This document shows positions 31,913 through 41,837 of a DNA stretch of 64,000 nucleotides, piece after piece (positions within the stretch are counted from its first letter, which is position 1; each line of letters begins with the position of its first letter). Origin of the DNA: Chitinophagaceae bacterium (lineage in GTDB: Bacteria > Bacteroidota > Bacteroidia > Chitinophagales > Chitinophagaceae); contig JAYSXR010000392.1 of NCBI GenBank assembly GCA_043717145.1, positions 712-64,711 on the forward strand, written 5' to 3'. The notes beneath the pieces were generated by a model that worked only from the letters and a program-made list of their open reading frames with translations, did no database searches and was not told the DNA's origin. The position numbers were made by a program, and so were the translations under genes.

Positions 31913-33433
31913 ATGAGCAAGAAAGTAATATTAGTAATCATGGATGGCTGGGGACTCGGCAAAGTAAAATCTGCCGATGCCATACAAAATGCACATGTTC
32001 CCTTTGTGAGTTCATTATATAGCAAATATCCAAATACTACATTGGTAACCTGTGGCGAAGATGTGGGATTACCAAATGGGCAAATGGGCAACAGCGAAGT
32101 GGGCCATTTAAACCTCGGCGCAGGCCGTATTGTTTACCAGGAATTGGAGCGGATTAATGTTGCCATCCGAAATGGCGAATTCGCTAAAAATGAACATCTG
32201 CTGGCATCTGTACGGTTAGCTAAAACAAACCGGAAGCCGTTGCACCTGATCGGACTGGTAAGTAATGGCGGTGTGCATTCACATATCAACCATATAAAAG
32301 CAATTTGCGACCTATGTAAAACCGAAGGGCTTACAGATGTTTACATTCATGCATTTACGGATGGACGTGATACAGATCCGAAAAGTGGGTTAGGTTTTAT
32401 TACTGACTTGCAGAAACACCTGAATAGTTCTGTTGGAAAGATTGCTTCCATCAGCGGCCGTTATTATGCGATGGATAGGGATAAGCGTTGGGAAAGGGTA
32501 AAACTTACTTATGATTGTTTAGTAAAAGGCGAAGGCCAAAAAGCTACGGATGCGATTGCCGCAATTGAACAGTCATATGCAGCGGGCATTACCGATGAAT
32601 TTATTAAACCCACAATTGTTGTAAATGAGGCACAACAACCACTGGCTGTAATAAAAGATGGAGATGTGGCCATCTGCTTCAACTTCAGAACAGACCGTTG
32701 CCGTGAAATAACCGATGTGTTAACGCAAAACGATCATGCCGATTTTGATATGCATAAACTGACACTTGATTTTACAACCATGACGATGTATGATCATAAG
32801 TTTCAAAACATCCATGTGGTGTTTGAGAATGATAACCTGGTAAATACATTAGGCGAAGTATTGGCAGCCACTGGTAAAAAGCAGATACGTATTGCCGAAA
32901 CAGAAAAATATCCGCACGTTACTTTCTTTTTCAGCGGCGGACGCGAAGAACCTTTTGAAGGCGAGAGCCGCATTATGGTTCCCTCACCCAAAGTGGCTAC
33001 TTACGACCTTCAACCCGAAATGAGTGCAGTAGGCATTACCGATAAACTGATACCCGAAATTGAAAATGAGACTGCCGATTTTATATGTTTGAATTATGCC
33101 AATACAGATATGGTTGGTCATACCGGTGTATTTAGCGCTGCCATTACAGCTGCACAAACCGTGGATGCCTGTGTAGAAAGAGTAGTAACGGCGTCGTTAG
33201 CACATGGCTATACTGTTTTCTTAACAGCAGATCATGGCAATGCGGATTATATGATTAATGAAGATGGTACGCCCAATACAGCACATACCATGAACCCCGT
33301 TCCTTTTTTTATTATTGATAAAGATTGGAAAGGCACTGTTAAAACAGGTAAACTTGGCGATCTCGCCCCTACCATTTTAACCGTAATGGGCCTTGTGATT
33401 CCCAAGGAAATGACGGGGAATATTTTAATCTGA
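31913..33433 (+). CDS. gpmI: 2,3-bisphosphoglycerate-independent phosphoglycerate mutase
   Basis: MDGWG, GQMGNSEVGH, DMVGHTG, TADHGN. Confidence 0.97.
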   Translation: MSKKVILVIMDGWGLGKVKSADAIQNAHVPFVSSLYSKYPNTTLVTCGEDVGLPNGQMGNSEVGHLNLGAGRIVYQELERINVAIRNGEFAKNEHLLASVRLAKTNRKPLHLIGLVSNGGVHSHINHIKAICDLCKTEGLTDVYIHAFTDGRDTDPKSGLGFITDLQKHLNSSVGKIASISGRYYAMDRDKRWERVKLTYDCLVKGEGQKATDAIAAIEQSYAAGITDEFIKPTIVVNEAQQPLAVIKDGDVAICFNFRTDRCREITDVLTQNDHADFDMHKLTLDFTTMTMYDHKFQNIHVVFENDNLVNTLGEVLAATGKKQIRIAETEKYPHVTFFFSGGREEPFEGESRIMVPSPKVATYDLQPEMSAVGITDKLIPEIENETADFICLNYANTDMVGHTGVFSAAITAAQTVDACVERVVTASLAHGYTVFLTADHGNADYMINEDGTPNTAHTMNPVPFFIIDKDWKGTVKTGKLGDLAPTILTVMGLVIPKEMTGNILI

Positions 33434-33450
33434 TCAACAAACTGTAGTAA

Positions 33451-33945
33451 ATGAAAGTTTTCAAAAAGATATTGATTGGGCTATTGGTGGTTTTTATTGT
33501 TGCGCAGGCCTTCAGACCCGCTAAAAACCTGACAAACGATACCACAAAAGATATTTCGAAAAGTTATGCGGTGCCGGACAGTGTAAAAACCATTCTTGCA
33601 AAAGCCTGTAACGATTGCCACAGCAATAACACAAGGTACCCCTGGTATGCCGAAATACAACCCGTAGCCTGGTGGTTAGGCGATCATATTAAAGAAGGCC
33701 AGAGCAAGATTAACTTTAACGAATTCAGCGGTTATCGCATCGCCAAACAATACAAAAGACTGGAAGACTGTATGGATGAGGTAAAAGAAGGTGGGATGCC
33801 TTTACCTGCATATACCTGGATTCATAAAGACGCAGTTTTAACAGCTGCAGAAAAACACGCACTGCTCAATTGGTTTGAAAACATAAGGGATAGCATTAAA
33901 GCCAGGTATCCACCGGATAGTTTACTCATAAAAAAGAAAGCCTGA
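33451..33945 (+). CDS. Heme-binding (Haem_bd) cytochrome c protein
   Basis: CNDCHSN, YPWY, MPLPAY..IH. Confidence 0.85.
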   Translation: MKVFKKILIGLLVVFIVAQAFRPAKNLTNDTTKDISKSYAVPDSVKTILAKACNDCHSNNTRYPWYAEIQPVAWWLGDHIKEGQSKINFNEFSGYRIAKQYKRLEDCMDEVKEGGMPLPAYTWIHKDAVLTAAEKHALLNWFENIRDSIKARYPPDSLLIKKKA

Positions 33946-34047
33946 GGCTAGAATTTTTTAGCCTGGCATAATACAAAAGGATTGTTTTATTATAGCCAGA
34001 TTCCTGGCTTATAACGCCCAAGTGTCACTTTACCTTTACTTTGCAGC

Positions 34048-34692
34048 ATGGAAATCAAGTCAGCCAAATATGTTATTTCATCCCCCTTGGTAACACAATG
34101 TCCAAAGCCCGACAAACCTGAATATGCTTTTATTGGCCGGAGCAATGTGGGCAAGTCTTCGCTGATCAATATGGTTACCAAGCAAAAAAATCTGGCCAAA
34201 ACATCTTCCACACCAGGTAAGACACAATTGATCAATCATTTTGAAATAGAAAGCTCATCTGGTGAACGGGGACCAAAAACAAAATGGTTCCTGGTAGATT
34301 TACCCGGTTATGGTTACGCCAAACGTTCGCAAAGTGACCGGAGAAGATGGGAACAAATGATTGATGGCTATTTGCGCAAGAGAGAAAACCTTGTACAGGT
34401 ATTTGTATTAATAGACAGCCGACATACCCCGCAGAAAAATGATCTTGAATTTGTAAATCAGTTAGATAAATGGGAAGTGTCTTTTTCCCTGGTATTTACC
34501 AAGGCCGATAAAGAAAAACCCGCCGTAGTAGCCCGCCATGTAAAAGCATTTATGGACACGCTGAATGAAACCTGGCAGTTCTTACCCCGGCATTTTGTAA
34601 CTAGTGCCGAGAAAAACCAGGGACGGGATGAACTCTTACAATTCATCCAGGATTGCAATAAAGAAATATCGGATAATAAAACGGGCAAATAA
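34048..34692 (+). CDS. yihA: Ribosome biogenesis GTPase YihA/YsxC
   Basis: GRSNVGKSSLIN, TPGKT, DLPGYG, TKAD. Confidence 0.96.
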   Translation: MEIKSAKYVISSPLVTQCPKPDKPEYAFIGRSNVGKSSLINMVTKQKNLAKTSSTPGKTQLINHFEIESSSGERGPKTKWFLVDLPGYGYAKRSQSDRRRWEQMIDGYLRKRENLVQVFVLIDSRHTPQKNDLEFVNQLDKWEVSFSLVFTKADKEKPAVVARHVKAFMDTLNETWQFLPRHFVTSAEKNQGRDELLQFIQDCNKEISDNKTGK

Positions 34693-34710
34693 CCTCGACA
34701 AATCCAGTAT

Positions 34711-35184
34711 TTAATTCACCGCCTTATCAGCACAGCAACTGCTGGCAAAAGCTTCAGGCTTGGCTTTGAAAGCAAATCCCATCCCAAGTATGTAACCCAT
34801 TGCCTCACGCAGTGCATCATTACTTTTGAATTGCGGGTTGGTATTAATATCGGCATGCACTTCCATCTCAATATGGTACTCAATAAAAAGGTTGCAAAGC
34901 TCATAAGCAATTTCAATGCTTTTGGCCACTTCAACCAACATCCGTTCCTTAATATGGAACTTCTGTTTGGTCTTTTCATTGTGGATGTACATGAAGCCAC
35001 CATTGTGTTCGCGAAGAAATACGATAACGGTTGCAAACTCAGTGTCTTCACCTTTTACCTGACTGTCGGTACCGATGCAGACCTTTAGTTTGATACCATT
35101 GGCAGTTTCTTTTTTAATCGCTTCTTCTACAGCATCTTTGATGGGCAGTTGAATGGTTTCGCCATTAAATTTTCTCCAGCGCAT
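34711..35184 (-). CDS. Ribonuclease H-like YkuK family protein
   Basis: IGTDSQ, E...S, EVHADI, KPEAFASS..AD. Confidence 0.8.
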   Translation of the reverse strand: MRWRKFNGETIQLPIKDAVEEAIKKETANGIKLKVCIGTDSQVKGEDTEFATVIVFLREHNGGFMYIHNEKTKQKFHIKERMLVEVAKSIEIAYELCNLFIEYHIEMEVHADINTNPQFKSNDALREAMGYILGMGFAFKAKPEAFASSCCADKAVN

Positions 35185-35340
35185 ACGTATATTGTTTATC
35201 TAATATAAGCATCAATTGCCAGTCAACTAACATTTGTAAATGATTTTATTATTAACAGGCGTGGAAAACGCCGGCCCGTTTGGGGTTGGGTGTTATTGGA
35301 ATCTTTAACAACTCCAAGCCTCCCGTTGTATCTTCGGGCT

Positions 35341-36219
35341 ATGAAAGTGAGTGGTTTTACGTTCATTAAGAATGCAGTGCAATTTGATTACCCGGTGGCA
35401 GAAGCTATCCGCTCCATTCTTCCTTTATGTGATGAAATTATTGTGGCAGTGGGTGATTCAACAGATCATACCCGGGAGCTGATCAGCGGTATCGGTTCAG
35501 AAAAAATACGCATTATTGATACAGTTTGGGATACCAGCCTTCGCAAAGGTGGTGCCGTACTGGCCGATGAAACCAATAAAGCTTTTCGCGCCATTACCGG
35601 TAACCCAGACTGGTGTATCTATATACAGGGCGATGAAGTATTGCATGAACAATACCATGATACGGCAAAGAAATCCATGTTACAATGGAAAGACGATCCG
35701 CAGGTAGACGGACTCTTGTTCAAATACAAACATTTTTATGGATCATTTGATTATGTGGCATCTTCTTCCCGCTGGTACCGGAATGAGATTCGGATCATCC
35801 GGCACAACGTGGACATCTACTCATACCGCGACGCCCAGGGGTTTAGAAAAGGCGATGATAAAAAACTTTCTGTAAAAGCCATGGACGCTTACATGTATCA
35901 TTATGGTTGGGTAAGGCCCCCTAAGACGATGATGGAAAAGACGAGGAATTTTGGCAACTACTGGAATGGCGAACCAGTAACAGAAGCATTTGCCAAAAAA
36001 TTTTCCGGTGATTTTGATTATACGGAGATAGACGCACTCGAAAAATTCACCAATTCACACCCGGAAGTAATGCAGGAGCGAATTAAAAAAATGAACTGGA
36101 AATTTGATTACGATCTTTCATATAATAAATTGACAATAAAAGATCATTTCAAAAACATTATGGAAAGATATACCGGTATAAGGCCATTTGATTATAAAAA
36201 TTATATTCTGCTCGATTAA
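35341..36219 (+). CDS. Glycosyltransferase family 2
   Basis: GFTFIKNA..DYP, IQGDE, YHYGWV; start ATG 35341. Confidence 0.85.
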   Translation: MKVSGFTFIKNAVQFDYPVAEAIRSILPLCDEIIVAVGDSTDHTRELISGIGSEKIRIIDTVWDTSLRKGGAVLADETNKAFRAITGNPDWCIYIQGDEVLHEQYHDTAKKSMLQWKDDPQVDGLLFKYKHFYGSFDYVASSSRWYRNEIRIIRHNVDIYSYRDAQGFRKGDDKKLSVKAMDAYMYHYGWVRPPKTMMEKTRNFGNYWNGEPVTEAFAKKFSGDFDYTEIDALEKFTNSHPEVMQERIKKMNWKFDYDLSYNKLTIKDHFKNIMERYTGIRPFDYKNYILLD

Positions 36220-36261
36220 TTTTTTAAAAAACCGCTCCCTCTAATAAAAGAATATAATATT

Positions 36262-37227
36262 ATGACAAGCCCTTGTATCCTCTGCAGTAATACAACCAAT
36301 AATCAGCTGTATAAAGTTAAAGAATTACAATTGGGACTTACTGACTATTTCCAATATCAGTTGTGCGGTGCATGCGGCACCATGCAGTTGCAGGATATAC
36401 CTGATAACCTTGCCAAATATTATCCGAATGAAGATTACTATTCTTTTAATCTTGAACTCGATATTCGCAAAAAACCAGATATACTCCGGAAAATAAAAAC
36501 CGGCTATTTATTATACAATAAGCATCAAATCTTTGGCAGGCTAATGAGCATGGGCTATACAATGAATGAGTTCTATGAATGGATGAAATTTACAGGGGCA
36601 AAATATGAGGATGCCATTCTTGATGTTGGCACAGGTAATGGAAGTTTATTAGCAAGGCTGTTTAAAATGGGCTTTACAAATCTTACAGGTATTGATCCCT
36701 TTATTAATAATAGCAGAGATTATGGCGCGATAAAAGTATTCAAGAAAGACATATTTGAGATGACTGATAAATACAATATCATAATGATGCATCATTCACT
36801 TGAGCATACGCTCGATCCAAAACAAATATTAAAGAAAGTGTATGATATTTTAGAACCAGGGGGGAAAACATTGATCCGCGTACCCATTATGGGTAACTAT
36901 GGCTGGCAACAGTATGGCGAATTCTGGTGTGGCATTGACGCACCCAGACATATTTTTATTCCAACTGAACAGGCATTAAAACAATTGGTAACTGAAGCCG
37001 GATTTGTCATTGACAAGTTTTATTATGACAGTTCTGATTATGTAATTATAAGTAGTGAGCAATATAAAAAAGGTATTCCATTACATGCAGCCAACAGTTA
37101 TATGATTAATGAAACAGCAAGTATGTTTACCAAAAAGGAGGCGAGGGAGTTTAGAAAAATAATGTATGCGCAAAACAAACTTAATAATGGCGATATGGCC
37201 GCTATTTATTTAAGCAAACCTGCCTAA
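36262..37227 (+). CDS. Class I SAM-dependent methyltransferase with N-terminal Cys pairs
   Basis: CILC...CGAC, ILDVGTGNG, HSLEH, DAPRH. Confidence 0.85.
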   Translation: MTSPCILCSNTTNNQLYKVKELQLGLTDYFQYQLCGACGTMQLQDIPDNLAKYYPNEDYYSFNLELDIRKKPDILRKIKTGYLLYNKHQIFGRLMSMGYTMNEFYEWMKFTGAKYEDAILDVGTGNGSLLARLFKMGFTNLTGIDPFINNSRDYGAIKVFKKDIFEMTDKYNIIMMHHSLEHTLDPKQILKKVYDILEPGGKTLIRVPIMGNYGWQQYGEFWCGIDAPRHIFIPTEQALKQLVTEAGFVIDKFYYDSSDYVIISSEQYKKGIPLHAANSYMINETASMFTKKEAREFRKIMYAQNKLNNGDMAAIYLSKPA

Positions 37228-38138
37228 AAATTAGGTTTGAAAAACATCTTCATGCAAAACATTTTTTTTCTATAGCCCGGCTTCTTTTTACTACTTAATA
37301 ACTCATCATAATACATAAAGAAAAAAGCACTTCGTTTAAAGCTCCACGTGCGATGAAAGTGAGCGATCATTTTATGTAAAATTTCTTTTGTCTCTTCATT
37401 TTTGATAGGCGCTGCCGCCAGCGTTTGAAGTTCCATCAGCTTAAAGGCAAACTGTTCTTTAACAGATTGTTTTATCCTTTTATTTTTCGATTTACTGGTA
37501 CCAACCGTATTATTATCGTGCTGCCGGTATTTAACAAGGGTTTTATCTACGAATTTTATTCCATTGTTACTCGCTGCACAAAAGCCTATCCACAAGTCAA
37601 AAAATATTTTTTTCGGGAAAGGAAGGATTGTTTTAACGAAAGAGGCCTTCATCAGAATAGAGTGACCAGCAACCGAATTTGAAAGTAAAAACGGGGTGCC
37701 TGAATAGTAAGACCGGATATTCATAAAATTGCTGAACCATTTTTCGAGGGATTCTCCTTTGTCATTTACTAATAGAGAATCTGCATACACGGCGTCATGT
37801 TCACCAATTTCATTTACTAATATTTGAATTTTCTGATGGTCCCAAATATCATCCTGGTCACATAACGCTATAAAAAAACCCTTGCAGTGGGTAATCGCTT
37901 TTTCAAACGTCTGAGTCACCCCAAGATTCTGTTCATTTTGTATTAAAAAAATAAATGGGTATTTAGCTTGGTATGATTGGATAATAGAGATGGTATTATC
38001 TTTAGAATAATCATCCACAATAATAATTTCAATATTTAAATAGCTTTGATGTATGATGCTATCTAATTGCTCCGAAATATATTTAGCACCATTACAGCTT
38101 GCCATAGCAACGGATACTAATTTTAGGGCATTATTCAT
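37224..38138 (-). CDS. Glycosyltransferase family 2 (rhamnosyltransferase-like)
   Basis: VDDYSKD, LCDQDDIW, YRQH. Confidence 0.88.
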   Translation of the reverse strand: MNNALKLVSVAMASCNGAKYISEQLDSIIHQSYLNIEIIIVDDYSKDNTISIIQSYQAKYPFIFLIQNEQNLGVTQTFEKAITHCKGFFIALCDQDDIWDHQKIQILVNEIGEHDAVYADSLLVNDKGESLEKWFSNFMNIRSYYSGTPFLLSNSVAGHSILMKASFVKTILPFPKKIFFDLWIGFCAASNNGIKFVDKTLVKYRQHDNNTVGTSKSKNKRIKQSVKEQFAFKLMELQTLAAAPIKNEETKEILHKMIAHFHRTWSFKRSAFFFMYYDELLSSKKKPGYRKKMFCMKMFFKPNF

Positions 38139-38189
38139 TATAAATTATTGATCGGGGATACAAATATAAAATTATTCCACCACTCGTAA

Positions 38190-38978
38190 TTATGGAGATG
38201 ATGGCATTAAATTATAAATCTTCTGCGTGAAAAAGAAATTAGAACAATATTCAATACTTTTTTTACCGACAAACTTTTCCGGTTGGTGCCTTTCAGGTTC
38301 GAAATTTAAAATATCTAACTTATCGCCCTTAAAAAAAAAGAACCCATTATATCCCAGAGAAAGAAGTTCATTAAAGGTTTCCCTTACATTAGATCTGCCA
38401 ACCTGAAGAGCTTCACATTCCAGAATAATTTTCGGTTTGTATGTTCTAAGTGTTTTCAATCCACCTTTAATTACTTTTAACTCATGTCCTTCTACATCAA
38501 TTTTTATTAATGCAGGTATTACATTATTTAAACGACAATAATTATCTAAGGTCGTAGTTTGAACTTTTTCCAACCTAGCGAATGGACTATCGTGTAATGT
38601 AAAGTGGATAGAGGCTCCGGGAGATGAAGGTTTCCCATTCTCCGGAATTATCATAGTTGCCGTTTCTTCTTTGTCGGAAAGCGCATATGATTCAATAGTA
38701 ACCTGAAGATACTTTTTTGTGGAAAAAAATGATTTCAAAAAAAAGTGCAAAAATTTTTGCGGTTCAAACCCTATTACCTTCCCTTTACTTCCTGCCTTAT
38801 TAATCATCCAGTATAAAAAACCTCCTTTGTTTGCACCAACGTCAATAAGCGTATCCCCTGGTCCGGCATTTTCAATAATAAATGATATCTCATTGGGGTT
38901 CTCCTGCAATCGGTAATGCCATGCCCGTATTAGCATTTTTATTTGTTGCAATATATTGCTATAGTTTTTCGTTTTCAA
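38190..38978 (-). CDS. FkbM family methyltransferase (start uncertain)
   Basis: IDVGANKG, FEPQ, IKIDVEGHE. Confidence 0.88.
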   Translation of the reverse strand: MKTKNYSNILQQIKMLIRAWHYRLQENPNEISFIIENAGPGDTLIDVGANKGGFLYWMINKAGSKGKVIGFEPQKFLHFFLKSFFSTKKYLQVTIESYALSDKEETATMIIPENGKPSSPGASIHFTLHDSPFARLEKVQTTTLDNYCRLNNVIPALIKIDVEGHELKVIKGGLKTLRTYKPKIILECEALQVGRSNVRETFNELLSLGYNGFFFFKGDKLDILNFEPERHQPEKFVGKKSIEYCSNFFFTQKIYNLMPSSP

Positions 38979-39290
38979 GGGTTACTAATATAATTTTAAT
39001 TTAATATAATAATTTGGTGTAATAAAGTTAAACAGAAATATAGATATTCACAGAATGTGTAATACCAGTCTCTTATCAGATAATATATATGCATGCAACC
39101 CATGATTTAAAATCTGCGTAAGCATGCCACATCAACCAATATCGGTTTCCTAAAAAACTCGTTTTTGGGTAAAAATCAGTTTTCATTGTCTGAATTAGCA
39201 AACTTATACGTTATATAATAGAAACTTTGTCAGTTTTTAGAAATTTCTACGGAAATTGACATTCATTACTCTTTACCAAACAACTACTTG

Positions 39291-41093
39291 ATGAAATTAC
39301 TATTACGATACCTGAGCCCTTATAAATGGCTGGTGGCACTTGCACTGTTGTTAGCTGCGATTAACCAATCATTTTCCATGCTCGACCCTTATTTTTTTGG
39401 GCGATTACTTGATAAATATGGTATACACCCCCATGAGGTTGGTTACTTTGACCATAACAAATTTATTGTAACCGGCGTTCGGTCGCAGTCTGATTTTATC
39501 TGGGGCGTGATGGGTTTTTTGGGCATATTAATCAGCGTAGCAATGGTTTCGAGGATAGCCAAAGCTTTCCAGGATTATTTCAGCAATGTGGTTGTACAAA
39601 AATTTGGCGCTAAAATTTTTACGGATGGGTTGAGGCATTCCATGAAACTTCCATACCAGGATTTTGAGGACCAGCGAAGCGGTGAAACCCTTTCTATATT
39701 AACCAAAGTAAGATCGGATACAGAAAGGTTTATCATTTCATTCATCAATGTATTGTTCAGTATTTTGGTGGGCATTGTTTTTATTTCCATTTATTCGTTC
39801 CGGTTACATTGGGCCATTATGCCTATTTATGTTGTAGGCATCATCTTTTTATCATTGCTCACCAGTTTCCTTAGTAAAAAGATCAAAGTAATTCAGAAAA
39901 ATATTGTGAAGGAAACTACTATGCTTGCGGGTAGTACCACAGAGAGCCTGCGCAATATTGAACTGGTTAAAAGCCTGGGCCTTACCGGCCAGGAAATTAA
40001 CAGGCTGAATAAAAATACTTACAAAATTTTAGGGCTTGAATTAAGAAAAGTAAAAAGTATCCGTACCCTTAGTTTTATCCAGGGCACTTTTGTGAATTTA
40101 TTGCGGCAGATCATTATGTTCACTTTGTTCTGGCTGGTGTTTGGCGGCCAGATAACCGCGGGACAGGTATTAACATTGACCTTTTATTCTTTCTTCATCT
40201 TTGGCCCGTTGCAGGAAATAGGTAATATTATTTTATTTTACAGGGAAGCAGAAGCCTCTCTTAATAATTTTCATAATTTGATGGAAAAGCCCTCTGAACC
40301 AACACCATTAACACCGGAGCATATTGGCGACATCGAATACCTGTCATTTAAAAATGTTTCTTTCAAACACCAAACAGCGCAGTATAAAGCGCTGGATAAT
40401 ATAAGCTTCGAAGTAAAACAGGGAGAAAGCATTGCATTTGTAGGGCCCAGTGGTGCCGGCAAAAGCACTTTAATGAAACTGCTGGTAGGTTTATACCACA
40501 CCCAGGAAGGCCATATTTTTTTTAATGGCATTGACAGTAAAAATATTTTATTTGATGAACTGCGTGGCCAGATAGGATTTGTAACACAGGATACACAATT
40601 ATTCGCCGGCAGCATCCGTGAAAATTTATTGTTTGTATATCCGGAGGCTTCCGATGATGATCTTCGGGAAGCCTTACACAAAGCAAGCTGCGACAATCTT
40701 TTATCCCGGGCAGACAATGGTTTGGATACCATGATTGGTGAAGGCGGATTAAAGTTAAGTGGGGGTGAAAAACAGCGTTTATCTATTGCCCGCGCTTTAT
40801 TACGACATCCTCATTTACTCATTTTTGATGAAGCGACTTCATCCCTGGATAGTATTACCGAGGAAGATATTACTAACACCATCCAACAGATCTCTGCACA
40901 GAAACAACAGATAACCGTAATGATTGCCCACCGTTTAAGCACCATTATGCATGCCGACAGGATCTATGTTTTAGAAAAAGGACAAGTGATAGAAACTGGC
41001 AACCATTATGAATTATTGGCAGAAAAAGGTTTGTATTACGCTATGTGGCGGCAGCAGATTGGGGAAAGGAAAGCGGTGTTGATGAGTAGTTAA
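39291..41093 (+). CDS. ABC transporter, fused permease/ATPase
   Basis: GPSGAGKS, LSGGEKQR, FDEATS. Confidence 0.92.
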   Translation: MKLLLRYLSPYKWLVALALLLAAINQSFSMLDPYFFGRLLDKYGIHPHEVGYFDHNKFIVTGVRSQSDFIWGVMGFLGILISVAMVSRIAKAFQDYFSNVVVQKFGAKIFTDGLRHSMKLPYQDFEDQRSGETLSILTKVRSDTERFIISFINVLFSILVGIVFISIYSFRLHWAIMPIYVVGIIFLSLLTSFLSKKIKVIQKNIVKETTMLAGSTTESLRNIELVKSLGLTGQEINRLNKNTYKILGLELRKVKSIRTLSFIQGTFVNLLRQIIMFTLFWLVFGGQITAGQVLTLTFYSFFIFGPLQEIGNIILFYREAEASLNNFHNLMEKPSEPTPLTPEHIGDIEYLSFKNVSFKHQTAQYKALDNISFEVKQGESIAFVGPSGAGKSTLMKLLVGLYHTQEGHIFFNGIDSKNILFDELRGQIGFVTQDTQLFAGSIRENLLFVYPEASDDDLREALHKASCDNLLSRADNGLDTMIGEGGLKLSGGEKQRLSIARALLRHPHLLIFDEATSSLDSITEEDITNTIQQISAQKQQITVMIAHRLSTIMHADRIYVLEKGQVIETGNHYELLAEKGLYYAMWRQQIGERKAVLMSS

Positions 41094-41109
41094 ATTGAAC
41101 TAGTTATAG

Positions 41110-41212
41110 AGGTTAAAGATGTTAAAAGGGCTAAAATGTTTAAAAGGGTTAAATTATAGATACTGATATTTATTAACTTCTTTACCCTTTAAACCCTTTT
41201 AACATCTTTAGC
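41110..41212. repeat. 9-mer-period inverted repeat element between convergent genes
   Basis: aaagatgttaaaagggctaaaa ... tttaaacccttttaacatcttt. Confidence 0.7.
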
Positions 41213-41216
41213 AACC

Positions 41217-41660
41217 CTAGTCCTTATCAAACTTCTTCTTAAAATATTCAATCACCGAAGGGTCTTCCAACCCTTCCATATCACTCAGTTCCAGTTCAAG
41301 TGCCTTGGTACTTAGTTGTATTTCCAGCAAGGATAAAGCCAATGAAGCTGAAAAAGTAATCAGGCTTCCCGCAAATACAATATGGGCAAAAGGCATTGCC
41401 TCAATATAAATAAGGTACATACAAAGAATACAGCTTAAAAACGTAAGTACCCCCAAAGCCTGCATATTCTTGATCAGCTTTAACCGGTAACGAAGATTCT
41501 TGATTTGCCCATGAATAATGAGTTTCTGCTCATGATTCTGGTATTTATCGTGCAGGCTGCGTACCCGGTTAGATAACGCCAGAAAACGGTTGGTATACGC
41601 CAGCATAATTAAGCTAATGGCCGGGAACAGCAAAGCGGGGGTATTGATTGAGATATCCAT
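41217..41660 (-). CDS. DUF2721-like membrane protein
   Basis: TPALLFPAISLIMLAYTNRF, EIQLST.AL. Confidence 0.8.
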   Translation of the reverse strand: MDISINTPALLFPAISLIMLAYTNRFLALSNRVRSLHDKYQNHEQKLIIHGQIKNLRYRLKLIKNMQALGVLTFLSCILCMYLIYIEAMPFAHIVFAGSLITFSASLALSLLEIQLSTKALELELSDMEGLEDPSVIEYFKKKFDKD

Positions 41661-41801
41661 AATGGCAATTTACAAAATCCTGCGGTTTTTTTACTACGCC
41701 ACTCCGGCATTTACTTTCCATTTATTTAGCCTGCTTTTACTGCCGCTACATTGTATTTTTCTTTAATGTTAAGAAAATTTAATTTAAATAACTCAAAAAT
41801 T

Positions 41802-41823
41802 AAATTTAGGTTTGTCTAAATTT
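41802..41823. promoter_or_regulatory. Palindromic operator resembling DtxR/MntR-family sites
   Basis: AAATTTAG-gtttgt-CTAAATTT perfect 8-bp inverted repeat ending 14 bp before the TBDR ATG. Confidence 0.6.
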
Positions 41824-41837
41824 TAATTGTATTTAGT

